In this document: positions 51,136-60,792 of the stretch, piece after piece
Layout of the letters: every line of letters starts with the position of its first letter
Position numbering within the stretch: the stretch's first letter is position 1
From: an uncultured Gemmatimonadales bacterium
GTDB lineage: Bacteria > Gemmatimonadota > Gemmatimonadetes > Longimicrobiales > RSA9
Assembly (NCBI GenBank): GCA_963798085.1
Contig: CAWCRS010000003.1
Span: 96,001-160,000, forward strand
Direction: 5' to 3'
DNA: 64,000 nucleotides
Made by a program: the position numbers and the translations under genes
Notes under the pieces: model-generated
What the model was told of the DNA's origin: nothing
The model's input: the letters and a program-made list of their open reading frames with translations, nothing else
Databases searched by the model: none

Positions 51136-51336
51136 CTTCGCCATCGGAGCAGGTGAAGCGGCAACGCCGGATCCCTTGCCGGAACTCCGCGCGACGGCAT
51201 TCACTGCGGGGCAGACCGGCGGCGGCACCCATGTGCAGTGACACGCGCGTCTTCTGATAATGCGGTGTTGGATGGTTCTGATCGGCTTGCGCCGAGTCGC
51301 GGCGGTGCCGCTTCCTGAGGAACGACCTTGTGTGGA

Positions 51337-52308
51337 TCAGAAGTGAGCGCGTGTTTCGAGAGAAGCGCCGACATTCAGGATCCAGGAATGCACCGTCCCG
51401 TAGAAATGGCGCCCCAGCGACGCCTCCACACCCGACTCGCGCGTGACCTGTTTGCGCAGCCCGGCCTCGGCGGTCCAGTCCGGCTTGTCCAGCAGTCCGA
51501 GAAATCGTTCGGCATACACGTCGGCGATGACCAGCAGTGACGGGCCTGTGAAGTCGTGATCCACGGCAACGCCCGCGACCCAGTGCCGGTTGCGCAACCG
51601 GACGATTGCCGGGACAACCTGGCTCGTGGGATCCAGGATTGCCGTTCCCGAACCCGAGACGCAGGTCTGGGCAGCATGGATCACCGCGTCGTTCGGCGCT
51701 GGGCCGCACGGCACATCGGGAGGCGCCCTGGGTGCCTTGCCGCTGCACGGTATGCCAAAGGCAATGTCTGCCAGTGTACAGGCTTTGAGCTGCGGCTGCA
51801 GATCAACCGCGTAGCTGCCGAACTGCGCATTGAAGTGCACGCGCACGACGCCGAAGTCATACGACGTAAGACTGCGCAGCGTGATAGCCCTGCCGCCGCT
51901 TCGGGCGCCGCCGACCGGCTCGTACCAGTCGCCTTCGAGTGCGACGGCGGGTCGTCGCTTCGCTTGTGTGAAGACTCCCTGAAACAGGGAGAAACCCGCG
52001 CCACTCATTCCCCAGCGGGGCACCGCACCCGGCTCGCGATACACGAACGATGTCCTGACCTCGATGGAAGTAAGAGGCAGGATGCCGTACGACAGGCCCG
52101 GCTCGAAACGCCACCGTCCGATCTCGGAATCGAAGCGCTCGAACCGCGCGCCGGGCAGGTGCAGGTGGAGTTCGCCCTGCTCTTCCGGCAGTGCATCGCC
52201 AATGCGGACCGGGTGTCCAACGTCCGATTTGAGGTAGCGCCCCTGGCAGAAAGCACGCGACGGCATCGCCATCAGGGCGAGCGCGCCGAGCGCCGCCGGC
52301 AGCAGCAT
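51337..52308 (-). CDS. Secreted/outer-membrane beta-barrel-like hypothetical protein with Cys-containing insert
   Basis: Signal peptide, alternating beta strands (LSYGI, VHFNAQF, WTAEAGLR), terminal Phe; four Cys in a central loop. Confidence 0.5.
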   Translation of the reverse strand: MLLPAALGALALMAMPSRAFCQGRYLKSDVGHPVRIGDALPEEQGELHLHLPGARFERFDSEIGRWRFEPGLSYGILPLTSIEVRTSFVYREPGAVPRWGMSGAGFSLFQGVFTQAKRRPAVALEGDWYEPVGGARSGGRAITLRSLTSYDFGVVRVHFNAQFGSYAVDLQPQLKACTLADIAFGIPCSGKAPRAPPDVPCGPAPNDAVIHAAQTCVSGSGTAILDPTSQVVPAIVRLRNRHWVAGVAVDHDFTGPSLLVIADVYAERFLGLLDKPDWTAEAGLRKQVTRESGVEASLGRHFYGTVHSWILNVGASLETRAHF

Positions 52309-52496
52309 GCGGTTCACGCCACGCCGCCCACCCTGCCGCAGCTGCCGCTGCGCGCTGCAACCCCGGCCTGCTGCCTCCCGCTCAACCCCGCCCACATTGT
52401 CCTTCGTGCAGGTACGTCTCCTGACACACTGTTACTTGCCCATCGCCCCGTTGCGACGGCTGAACGCCGGAGCCCCGATGTCCGCGTCGAGCCACG

Positions 52497-52640
52497 CCTC
52501 TGTGCCGTGGCCTCCGTGTGAGATGATCCCCCTCTCCGCGTCCTCTGCGTTCTCCGCGTGACCTCATGCGCTCCCCGGATACTCCGCGTTCCCCGCAGTG
52601 AGCCCGTTCCATTCCTGCGCCCTACCCTCTGCGCGCTCGC
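52497..52640. repeat. Degenerate CTC(C/T)GCGT-type short repeat tract
   Basis: cctctgtgcc, cctccgtgtg, ctctccgcgtcctctgcgttctccgcgtg, actccgcgttccccgc, cctctgcgcgctc. Confidence 0.6.
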
Positions 52641-52661
52641 CACACGTCTGCGAACTCCTCG

Positions 52662-53447
52662 TCACAGGCGCAGCAGCTGCTGCCTCACAATGCGCCCGCG
52701 GATGCGGCTGACATTGAGTTGCTGCCGGTTGCTGAGAGTGACGACGTAGGTTCCGCCGGGCATGGGGCTCACGCGCTGGACCATGTCGATGTTGGCAAGT
52801 GTGCCGCGCGAGAGGCGGACGAACTGCGCGGGGTCGAGCCTGGCTTCCAGGTCTTTCAGCCGGAACGTGATGGTGTGGCGCTCGCCCGATCCGAGCGTGA
52901 GGTGCAGCAGCTCGCCCTCCGCGATGATGGATGCGACCTGATCGACGGGCACGATGACAATGTCGTCGCGGCGGCGCACGGGAATGCGCCGCAGGTAGCC
53001 CGTGCGCGTTCCCACCTCGTAGTCCACCATGGCCGCGCGCAGCCGGATCGCGCCTTCGCCGGGCTGGTAGTCCGACTGCTCGAGCCTCTCATGCGCGCGC
53101 GCCAGCGTGCGCCGCAGCCGGGCCGGCTCGACCGGCTTGAGCAGGTAATCGATGGCGTTCAGCTCGAACGCGCGCACCGCGTATTCGTCGTATGCAGTCA
53201 CGAATGCGACCAGCGGCACGCAATCCCGTTTCAGCAGTCGCACCACGCCCAGGCCATCGATCTCGGGCATCTGCAGATCGAGCAGCGCGAGGTCCGGCTC
53301 GACGCTCTCGATCACGCGCACAGCCTCCGACCCCGAACTCGCCTCGCCCGCCAGCTCCACGTCGTCGCACGCGCGCAGCAGGTCGGCCAGGAACGTGCGC
53401 GCCGGCCGCTCGTCATCGGCGATGACAACACGGAGTTTGCCGGTCAT
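52662..53447 (-). CDS. LytTR family response regulator
   Basis: IADDE, LDLQMP..DG, FVTAYDEYA..AFE..A.DYLLKP, LE.RLDP.QF.R.SR. Confidence 0.93.
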   Translation of the reverse strand: MTGKLRVVIADDERPARTFLADLLRACDDVELAGEASSGSEAVRVIESVEPDLALLDLQMPEIDGLGVVRLLKRDCVPLVAFVTAYDEYAVRAFELNAIDYLLKPVEPARLRRTLARAHERLEQSDYQPGEGAIRLRAAMVDYEVGTRTGYLRRIPVRRRDDIVIVPVDQVASIIAEGELLHLTLGSGERHTITFRLKDLEARLDPAQFVRLSRGTLANIDMVQRVSPMPGGTYVVTLSNRQQLNVSRIRGRIVRQQLLRL

Positions 53448-55390
53448 GACGGCACACCCACGGCCGAGTCGACCGCTTCCGGGGCGCCGATCAGCGGCAT
53501 GCGCAGCTCGACCGTCGTGCCGACGCCGGGCGCACTGCGCACAGCCATGGACGCATCCCCGCCGAACAGCTGCTCGAGGCGCCGCTGCACGCTGGACAGG
53601 CCGATGCCCTGGCTGCGCCGTCGCTCCAGCTCCACCTGGGTTACGCCCACGCCCGTGTCGAACACGCTGACACGCAGCGCGTCGCCCCCCGTGACCTCGT
53701 GCTCCGCTCGGGCCTGCACCACGATCGAGCCGCCCGCCGCGCGCGGCGCAATGCCGTGTTTGACGGCGTTCTCCACCAGCGGCTGCAGGATCAGCGGCGG
53801 CACCGATACGCCGGCCAGCTCGGGCGGCACATCGATCGTGACGCGCAGGCGTTCCTCGAAGCGGGCCCGCTCGATGGCCAGGTAGGCCTCGACGATTTCG
53901 ATCTCCTGGGACAGCGTCACGTATCGGCCATCGACGCGGCGCAGCACGGCGCGCAGCAACTCGGTTAGCCGGTACAATGTCTGGAGCGCGCGATCCGGCG
54001 CCGCGCGCATCAGGTATCCGATGGTGGTCAGCGCGTTGAACAGGAAGTGCGGGTTGAGCTGGGCGCGAAGTGCCCGCAGCTCGGCTTCGGTGGCCAGCTG
54101 CAGGATTTCGTTCTCGTGCATGCGCCGCTCGACGCGCTCGCGGGCGAGGCGCAATGCATCAATGCGTTGCCCGGCAGCGACCGCTGCCGATTCCAGCATG
54201 CGCAGATCGTCGCTGAGCAGAACGCGACCGCCCTCGAGTCCCGAGATCTGCAGGATGTACGAGGGCAGCTCGGCGGTCGCGACCTTGGCCGTCGCTTCCT
54301 GCCGTCCTTCGCGCGACACCACGTTGATGGGCGGCCATGCCGCGGTCGGCGCTTCGACTTCCGACCAGGCGAGGCGGCGAACGGAAAGCGCAGGACCCAG
54401 AAGCCGACACGTCGCCTCCAGCACTTCGATCTCGCTGTCCAGCGCCGCTACGGCCGCAACGATTTCCGCGCGCACGCGGCGGTAGTCCACGCGGCGCAGC
54501 ACTACGCGATCCACGAAGCGGCTGGCGCCCATGCGCAGTGCCGGATAGGACACGGCGATGGCCAGCCACAGCGTGACGAGCGCGCCCACCGCCCGCGGGT
54601 CCAGCGGGTCAGCGGACAGCTGTGGCAGCACGAACGGCACCACGATCGAGAAGTAGCCGGCAATGATGATGAGGAGGACGGCCACGAGCGCGAGCACACG
54701 TTTGAGGAAGAGATCCGCCAGCGCGAAGCGGTAGTCCTGGTAGAGAATCGCGATTGCCAGCGGAATCGATGCGTGGTGACCGACCAGCTCGACCCACCAG
54801 CGATCCGCTTCGCTGCCGTGCAGGCTCTGGTGCAGTGCCATCACGGCGAAGGCGGCGAGCGCGACGCCGGAGAGGCCTCGCCGCCAGCCCGGCCGGCGTC
54901 GTGTGAGGACGGCGAGTGCGGCCGTGAGTGTCGCGTATCCCGCGGACAGCAGCAGCAGTCCGAAACGACTGGGTGCCACGTGCTGTACCGCGGCGGCCTC
55001 GAACTGCATGAGTGCGGCCGCGCCGCTGAGCGCATACGAAGTGGCCACCAGCGCGCGCGAACCACGCCCGCGCGGAAGATTCTGCGATGCCGCGTGCACC
55101 ACCACGGCGGGCAGGAAGCCGAGCGCGCCGAATGCAATGGCCACAGCCCACGCCGATGGTGTCGTGCCGGCGAGATCGCGCAGTCCGTAGACCGCCAGCC
55201 CACCGATGTTCCACACCACACCCAGGCCGGCCGTGGCGACTGCCATGCGGTCGATAGCATACGCACGTGGTCCCTCGCTCGCCCGTCGCGTGCGCCCGCG
55301 CACTGCCATGGCACCCACCATGGCGTACAGCGCGGCGCCCGTCACGAAGCCAACGAGGTGAACCAGCGTCGACAGATCGTTCGTCGGCAT
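53444..55390 (-). CDS. LytS/YehU-type membrane sensor histidine kinase
   Basis: Multiple TM helices; LRAQLNPHFLFNAL, E.ARF..RL, LQPLVENAVKHG, DTGVG, GIGL. Confidence 0.92.
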   Translation of the reverse strand: MPTNDLSTLVHLVGFVTGAALYAMVGAMAVRGRTRRASEGPRAYAIDRMAVATAGLGVVWNIGGLAVYGLRDLAGTTPSAWAVAIAFGALGFLPAVVVHAASQNLPRGRGSRALVATSYALSGAAALMQFEAAAVQHVAPSRFGLLLLSAGYATLTAALAVLTRRRPGWRRGLSGVALAAFAVMALHQSLHGSEADRWWVELVGHHASIPLAIAILYQDYRFALADLFLKRVLALVAVLLIIIAGYFSIVVPFVLPQLSADPLDPRAVGALVTLWLAIAVSYPALRMGASRFVDRVVLRRVDYRRVRAEIVAAVAALDSEIEVLEATCRLLGPALSVRRLAWSEVEAPTAAWPPINVVSREGRQEATAKVATAELPSYILQISGLEGGRVLLSDDLRMLESAAVAAGQRIDALRLARERVERRMHENEILQLATEAELRALRAQLNPHFLFNALTTIGYLMRAAPDRALQTLYRLTELLRAVLRRVDGRYVTLSQEIEIVEAYLAIERARFEERLRVTIDVPPELAGVSVPPLILQPLVENAVKHGIAPRAAGGSIVVQARAEHEVTGGDALRVSVFDTGVGVTQVELERRRSQGIGLSSVQRRLEQLFGGDASMAVRSAPGVGTTVELRMPLIGAPEAVDSAVGVPS

Positions 55391-55550
55391 CAGCTAGTCC
55401 GTCCGATCGCGCAGTCGATATCGAGGAACGCGCGCATCCCGTCCTCCGCAAGCTACTGCGGTGCGCCAGCGCTACACCACGCCGCCGGCGGCGGGCCGCC
55501 GGGCGCCGGGGCTCCCGCCGCCGGCGCGACGCGGCTGCGCTCGACGTCGG

Positions 55551-56154
55551 TCAGTTCACGCTCGCCGGAAAATCGATGCTGAGGTCCGTGTCGAACGTCG
55601 AGCCGAGACCATCGCCCTTGGCAGCCTCGAAATGGTGCAGCTCGACGTGCAGGTTGCAGCTGGCCGTGGTCGGCGCATTCGCATCCACGACCACCTGGAA
55701 CTTCAGACCCACCGGCTGCGGCGTGGGCGTCTGCGTGTCCAGATCCAGACTCGACACCGGAACCGTGACGCCGCCGCAGTCGAATGTGTAGAAGAAGCGG
55801 TGGAAGTTCGCTTCTTTGCGTACCTCGTCGGTGATGTTGATCACGTTCTTCGAGTCCAGATCGTTGAGCAGCTCGACGGTCCCGTCATAGGTCTTGCTCT
55901 TGTTCAGCGCGAGCACGCCCTGCGCCGCACCCACCGGCTTGGGCAGCTGCGTGCCATCCGGATCCACCCGCACCGATGACACGGCGCCCCCGCCACCGAT
56001 CGGCGTGAGCGTAATGGTGACGCGCGAGATGTTCTCGGGATCGCCGGCGCCCTCGAATGGGTGCGGCGGGATTGTCGCAGGCCGCGCCTGCGAGCAGCGC
56101 GCCCATGACGAGTGGGAACAGAACGTTGCGACGGCAGACCTCCCCTGCGCTCAT
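55551..56154 (-). CDS. TonB receptor-associated lipoprotein, frameshifted
   Basis: LAGAAC lipobox; ENISRVTITLTP, DPDG, ITDEV..EA..HRFFY, PVGL, LHH...K, TDL.IDFP across frames. Confidence 0.65.
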
Positions 56155-56212
56155 GGCCAGCCCTCCTGATGGTCGTATGGACGGGCGCGGTTTCGCCACC
56201 CGCCTGCTGCTT

Positions 56213-58687
56213 CTAACGCCCTGTTTCATGGAAGGGCACGGTGAAGCGCAGCACGACGTCGCGCCCCGGCTCATCCACGAACAGGCGATAGCGGCTCAGA
56301 TAGTCGCGATAGCGCGTGTCGAACACGTTGCGCAGGGCCAGGCTGGGCTCCACGTGCAGCTCGCCGACGTGCAGCGCGGCCGCACCCAGCTCGAGGTTGT
56401 AGAGGCCGTAGCCGGCGGTGGGCAGCTTGTAGATGGTCACGGGCGGCACGCGGGTCTGCCGCAGCACCTGCGTGGTACCGATCTCCAGCCACGGCCCCAG
56501 CAGATGCTCCCCGCTGCCACCCGTGAAGCGGACCGAGGCCGTGATGCGGTCGGCCGGCATGTCGTAGAGCGCGGCACCCGTGGCCCGATCGCTGCCGCGC
56601 ACGATGTTGGCATTGCCGTAGAACGAGAGCCAGGCTGCGGGCGTCAGCTCTCCGGTGATCTCGAGGCCCTTTAACAGGGCGTTAGCATGGGCGTAGTCGT
56701 ATGCGGGATAGGCGCCGCGCACGGTGACGACGGGGTCGCGCGGTTCCAGGAAGATGAAACCGTCGATCTGGTTGCGGTATGCGCTCAGCTCCAGGCGGGT
56801 GCGCGCGCTCAGGTGGCGCAGCGTGCCGTCCACGTTGAACGAGCTTTCCGGACCCAGCGACGGGTCGCCGATCTCGTACTGCGCCGTGCCGTGGTGCACG
56901 CCCTGGCTGAAGCGCTCGTTCACGTTGGGCGGACGCCAGGCCCGGCCCACGGTGCCGCCCAGCGACCAGCTGCCGCTCAATTTCCACGACGCGCCCAGCG
57001 AGCCCGACGCGCCCAGGTACGTATGCCGGTCCTCCGGGCTCACGACCACCGGCGCGCCGAACTGGTACGCGTGCTGCCAGCGGTCGTCGTAACGCGCGCC
57101 CGCGGTCAGCGTGAGCCGGTCCAGACTCAGCTCCTCCAGCGCGTAGACGCCCCCCGCATACAACCGGTACTGCGGAATCAGGAACGAGCGCCCCGGCGAC
57201 AGGTTGCCCTGACGCATCCCGCTGAAGCCGATGGTTCCCGCCAGTCTGCCGACGGGCGGGTGGTGGTACTTCACGTCCAGCGTGTGCGTATACAGTTCCA
57301 GCGCGAAGGCCGGACGATTGCCCACCGCGAAGCCGTGATTGTCGAACTCCTGCCGGTCGTTGTACTGGAAGCCGTACGCGACATCGAGCCGCGAGCGCGG
57401 CGTGAGGTTCAGCTCCGTGCGCCAGGCCAGCAGCTCGTGGCGTACCTTCTGATCGGGATGACCCAGTGTGTAGGCGAAGCTGTTCGTGGTGTAGGCGCTG
57501 TCCATGGCGCGCTGCAGGTCGTCCAGATTGCCCACGTGCGCGCCGATGTAGAGGCCGAGGTGCGTCCCGAAATGACTGTAGTCCAGCTCCGTCCGGCCCC
57601 ATGACCGGCTCATGCCCAGGGCCGCGTTGAAGTCCAGCTCCTCGAACCCTGTGTTAGGCAGGTAATACGCGGGCGCGCGCGCGTCGCCCGCACGGCGGGC
57701 ACTGAACTGGGCGCGCCAGCCCAGGGCGCCCAGCCCGGGCAGCCGCAGGTCGCCGCCCTCCAGCAGCAGCGAAGCGGCGCCCTGGCGGTTGTTCCAGAAG
57801 CTGTTCGTGGACAGCTCGCCGCCCACGCCGCTGCCTGTGGGCAGCGGCCGCGGCATGACGCGCACCACACCACCCAGCGCGCCCGAGCCGTAGAGGATGG
57901 TGCCCGGTCCGCGGATGACCTCGATCTCGTTGGCGGCGAAGGCGTCCACCTCGGGCGCATGCTCGCCACCCCACTGCTGCCCCTCGAGCGGTACGCCTGA
58001 TGTCACCGTGGCGATGCGCTGCGAATGGAGCCCGCGCACCACCGGCTTGGCGATGCTGGGCCCGTACTGGATGACCGCGACGCCGGGCAGCTCCTTGATG
58101 GTCTCCACCATGGTCTGCCCGCGCTTCTGCTCCACCTGCTGCACGGTCATGGTCGTCGTGGCCTGCTTCGCGTTCAGGAAGGTGGCCGTCTCCCGATCTC
58201 CGCTCACATCGATGCCGGACAGCTCGACCGCTTTCGTAGCCAGTGCCACTTCCACCACGGCATCCGAGCGCGTGAGGTCTACGCGCCGGTGGGCGTTCGC
58301 GTAGCCCAGCTGCTCGATCGCGACTGTGACCACAGGCGGCAGGAAACCGGCAATGCGAAACCGCCCCGTGGAGTCGGAGAGGACGGACTGCCGGGTCTCG
58401 ATGACAGTGATGTTCGCGCCGGCGAGCGGCTGGTGCGTGGCCGAGTCCGTGACGATGCCGACGATCTGCCGCCGCGATTCCGCGTGCTGGATCTGCTGCG
58501 CGCGGAGGGAGGCCGTTCCCCCGACGAGCAGCAGCGCCGTGGCCATCGCGCAGCGAGGGAGCGCGCCGGGCGGGCGCCAGCGCGCGCGCTGGTGCGGCGG
58601 AGTCGTCGCCTGTGACCTGAGAACGCCGGACACCGGGCCGCGCGGCGGGCGCCGGCCATGGCTGGGAATGGTGCATGCCTCATGCAT
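56213..58687 (-). CDS. TonB-dependent receptor, probably metal (Zn/Ni/Co) uptake type
   Basis: CarboxypepD_reg-like N-domain, KPVVRGL, QQWG.EH, EVIRGP..LYGS.ALGGV, F.QGVHHGT..YEIG, YRDYLS, PGR; start uncertain. Confidence 0.9.
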   Translation of the reverse strand: MHEACTIPSHGRRPPRGPVSGVLRSQATTPPHQRARWRPPGALPRCAMATALLLVGGTASLRAQQIQHAESRRQIVGIVTDSATHQPLAGANITVIETRQSVLSDSTGRFRIAGFLPPVVTVAIEQLGYANAHRRVDLTRSDAVVEVALATKAVELSGIDVSGDRETATFLNAKQATTTMTVQQVEQKRGQTMVETIKELPGVAVIQYGPSIAKPVVRGLHSQRIATVTSGVPLEGQQWGGEHAPEVDAFAANEIEVIRGPGTILYGSGALGGVVRVMPRPLPTGSGVGGELSTNSFWNNRQGAASLLLEGGDLRLPGLGALGWRAQFSARRAGDARAPAYYLPNTGFEELDFNAALGMSRSWGRTELDYSHFGTHLGLYIGAHVGNLDDLQRAMDSAYTTNSFAYTLGHPDQKVRHELLAWRTELNLTPRSRLDVAYGFQYNDRQEFDNHGFAVGNRPAFALELYTHTLDVKYHHPPVGRLAGTIGFSGMRQGNLSPGRSFLIPQYRLYAGGVYALEELSLDRLTLTAGARYDDRWQHAYQFGAPVVVSPEDRHTYLGASGSLGASWKLSGSWSLGGTVGRAWRPPNVNERFSQGVHHGTAQYEIGDPSLGPESSFNVDGTLRHLSARTRLELSAYRNQIDGFIFLEPRDPVVTVRGAYPAYDYAHANALLKGLEITGELTPAAWLSFYGNANIVRGSDRATGAALYDMPADRITASVRFTGGSGEHLLGPWLEIGTTQVLRQTRVPPVTIYKLPTAGYGLYNLELGAAALHVGELHVEPSLALRNVFDTRYRDYLSRYRLFVDEPGRDVVLRFTVPFHETGR

Positions 58688-58838
58688 TCAGCAAAGTTTG
58701 GACTGCCCGGTCTGCACCGCATTTTGTATCCAATGAGTGGTACATGTGGCCTTACGGGCGGTCCGGCAGGGCAGGCGAGCGGTCTGGCGCAGGAACGCGC
58801 CACCCCCCATTGTGTATGCCTTCGCGATATTCGGGGCC

Positions 58839-59210
58839 ATGACTTTCGCTATCGAACGACGGTTGAACGGCGCTCTGCACACGAGTGTTCGCGCCCTGCG
58901 CAAGGGTGCGATGCTGCTGCTTGCGGCCATGGTACTGGCCGTGGGCGACGTGTGGCCGGTACTCGATCAGGGAATTTCCGTCGGTCCGGAATCCCGTCTG
59001 TCGGTGCCGGATGCCGGCTCCTCCCAGCTGATTCCGCACAATCACGCGTTCTGTGCACTGCTCGGCTCCACACCGTGCCTCCCCGGCACGGCCACGCCGG
59101 TGCACACGGTCGGCAGCCACGAGGCGTTTCTGCCACCGCTCGAAGCGAGGACCGCGCGCTCCATCGTCGCTTTCCATCACACCCGCTCCCGCGCACCCCC
59201 GCTCTTCTGA
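58839..59210 (+). CDS. DUF2946/CruR-like leader protein with C-terminal RAPP arrest motif
   Basis: Basic N-terminus, hydrophobic helix, PHNHAFC, C-terminus HHTRSRAPPLF*; first ORF of a metal-uptake operon. Confidence 0.65.
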   Translation: MTFAIERRLNGALHTSVRALRKGAMLLLAAMVLAVGDVWPVLDQGISVGPESRLSVPDAGSSQLIPHNHAFCALLGSTPCLPGTATPVHTVGSHEAFLPPLEARTARSIVAFHHTRSRAPPLF

Positions 59211-59218
59211 GGCTTGAA

Positions 59219-59302
59219 CGCGTCGCGGCCTGACGTTGCCGTGACGCGGCACTGGTCGCGTCCGGGCAACCGGACACGCACGAGCCAACGGAGTCCGGGA
59301 GG
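59219..59302 (+). promoter_or_regulatory. Structured spacer between leader ORF and downstream RBS
   Basis: Hairpins CGCGTCGCGGC/GCCGTGACGCG (59219-59248) and GTCCGG-GCAA-CCGGAC (59260-59275); SD GGGAGG at 59297-59302. Confidence 0.5.
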
Positions 59303-59308
59303 TCATCC

Positions 59309-60678
59309 TTGAAACAGAAGTGCGGGAGCATCGCCGTCACCGCGGCGACACTGTTCTGCCTTTTATTCACGGGCGCCGGCCAGGCAGCGGCGCAGGAACG
59401 CACATCCGTCGATTCGCTGCGCCTGCGCGTGGACTCGCTGATGCGCGCGCTGGACAGCCTGCGCATCGCCATGTCGCTGATGCAGGTCAACGGCGCGCGA
59501 CCGGCGGCGGTCAGGGTGGACACGGCGGACCCGCTGGCCGCCATTCGCGCCGCGGCGGCGGCAGCCGCGGCGGGGGGCGGTGCCGCGGACACCACGGCCA
59601 CGCCCACCGCCGGTAACACGCAGTTTGTCGGGCGGCAGCGCAACATGAGCATGCTGAACCCCGAAATCAGCGTGACCGGCGATATCTTCGGCTTCGTCGC
59701 GTTCGACGAGCAGAGCGCGTCGGACAACTTCGTGCCGCGCGAATTCGAGCTGAGCTTCGTCTCCAATCTCGATCCCTACTCGCGCGCCAGGATCTTCGTC
59801 GCGCACAGCACGCCGGGCGGTGAGGTGCTGCCCTTCTCGCTCAATGAGACGTCGGGTGATGCGGGTGATGTGGAGGTCGAGGAAGGCTACGCCGAGTACG
59901 TGAATCTGCCCGGCGGTCTGAGCGTGGCGCTGGGCAAGTTCCGGCAGCGTTTCGGCAAGTTCAACCGCTGGCACGCGCACGCGCTGCCCACGCAGCAGCT
60001 GCCGCTGCCGTACATCGCGTTCTTCGGTTTCGAGGGTCTCAGTCAGGCGGGCACCTCCGTGCACTGGCTCGCACCGATCCACCGCGGCGGCACCTATGAA
60101 GCGTGGGGCGAGCTACGCGCAGCAGCAACGATGTGCTGTTCGGCGACTCGCACAAGCTGAGCGCCCTCGCGCATGTCAACGGCTTCTGGGAACTGAGCCC
60201 TTCGACGTACTTCGAGCTGGGCCTTTCGGGCCTGACGGGGAGCCGGGTCGACCCCGAGACGCTGCCCGCATCGGCGCCGCACTCCACGGGCAATCGCACG
60301 CTCGGTTTCGATTTCACGCTGGACTGGCGGCCACCCGAACGCTCGACACGGCAGCAGTTCACACTGTCCGGCGCCGGCATCATGAATCGCCGCGTCTATC
60401 CCGGCGCACCCGACCTCACCGCGCACGGCGCCTTCGCGATTGCCGAGTACAAGTTCGACATCCGCTGGACGGCGGGCGGGCACTACGAATACACGCAGAA
60501 TCCCGAAAATCCGGATCAGCATGCGTGGCTTGCCGGGCCCACGCTCACGTGGTGGCAGAGCGAGTTCGTGCGGCTGCGCGCCGAGTACGAGGTGTTCCGC
60601 GGCCCGCTCGACCGCTTCGGCCAGTTCGTGTTCCAGGCCACGTTCGCCATGGGACCGCACAAGCACGAGACCTACTGA
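59309..60678 (+). CDS. Outer-membrane beta-barrel of the type found in Zn/Mn ABC operons, frameshift near 60100
   Basis: Signal peptide, coiled segment, NPEISVTGD, REFEL, LDPY, EEGY, GKF...FG..N.WHAH, SEF.RLR, C-terminal MGPHKHETY. Confidence 0.75.
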
Positions 60679-60683
60679 ACTGA

Positions 60684-60716
60684 CGGTTGCTGGGGCTCGG
60701 GCCGGGGCTGGGGAAG
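60684..60716 (+). repeat. (GGGGCT)n-type repeat inside the metal-uptake operon
   Basis: cggttgctggggctcgggccggggctggggaag. Confidence 0.75.
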
Positions 60717-60792
60717 TGCGCAGAGGTGGGTTGGCAGGGATTGAGACAAACAGAATGATTAGCGGAAGCCATCGCATCGGCAGGGAGTGGAA

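Noticed and set aside
52441..52500. LytTR direct-repeat binding site
   Set aside because: Only one plausible half-site (CGTTCAGCC on the minus strand)
58724..58744. Zur/Fur/NikR box (tgtatccaatgagtggtaca)
   Set aside because: AT-richer and loosely dyadic, but not a close match to any consensus I can support
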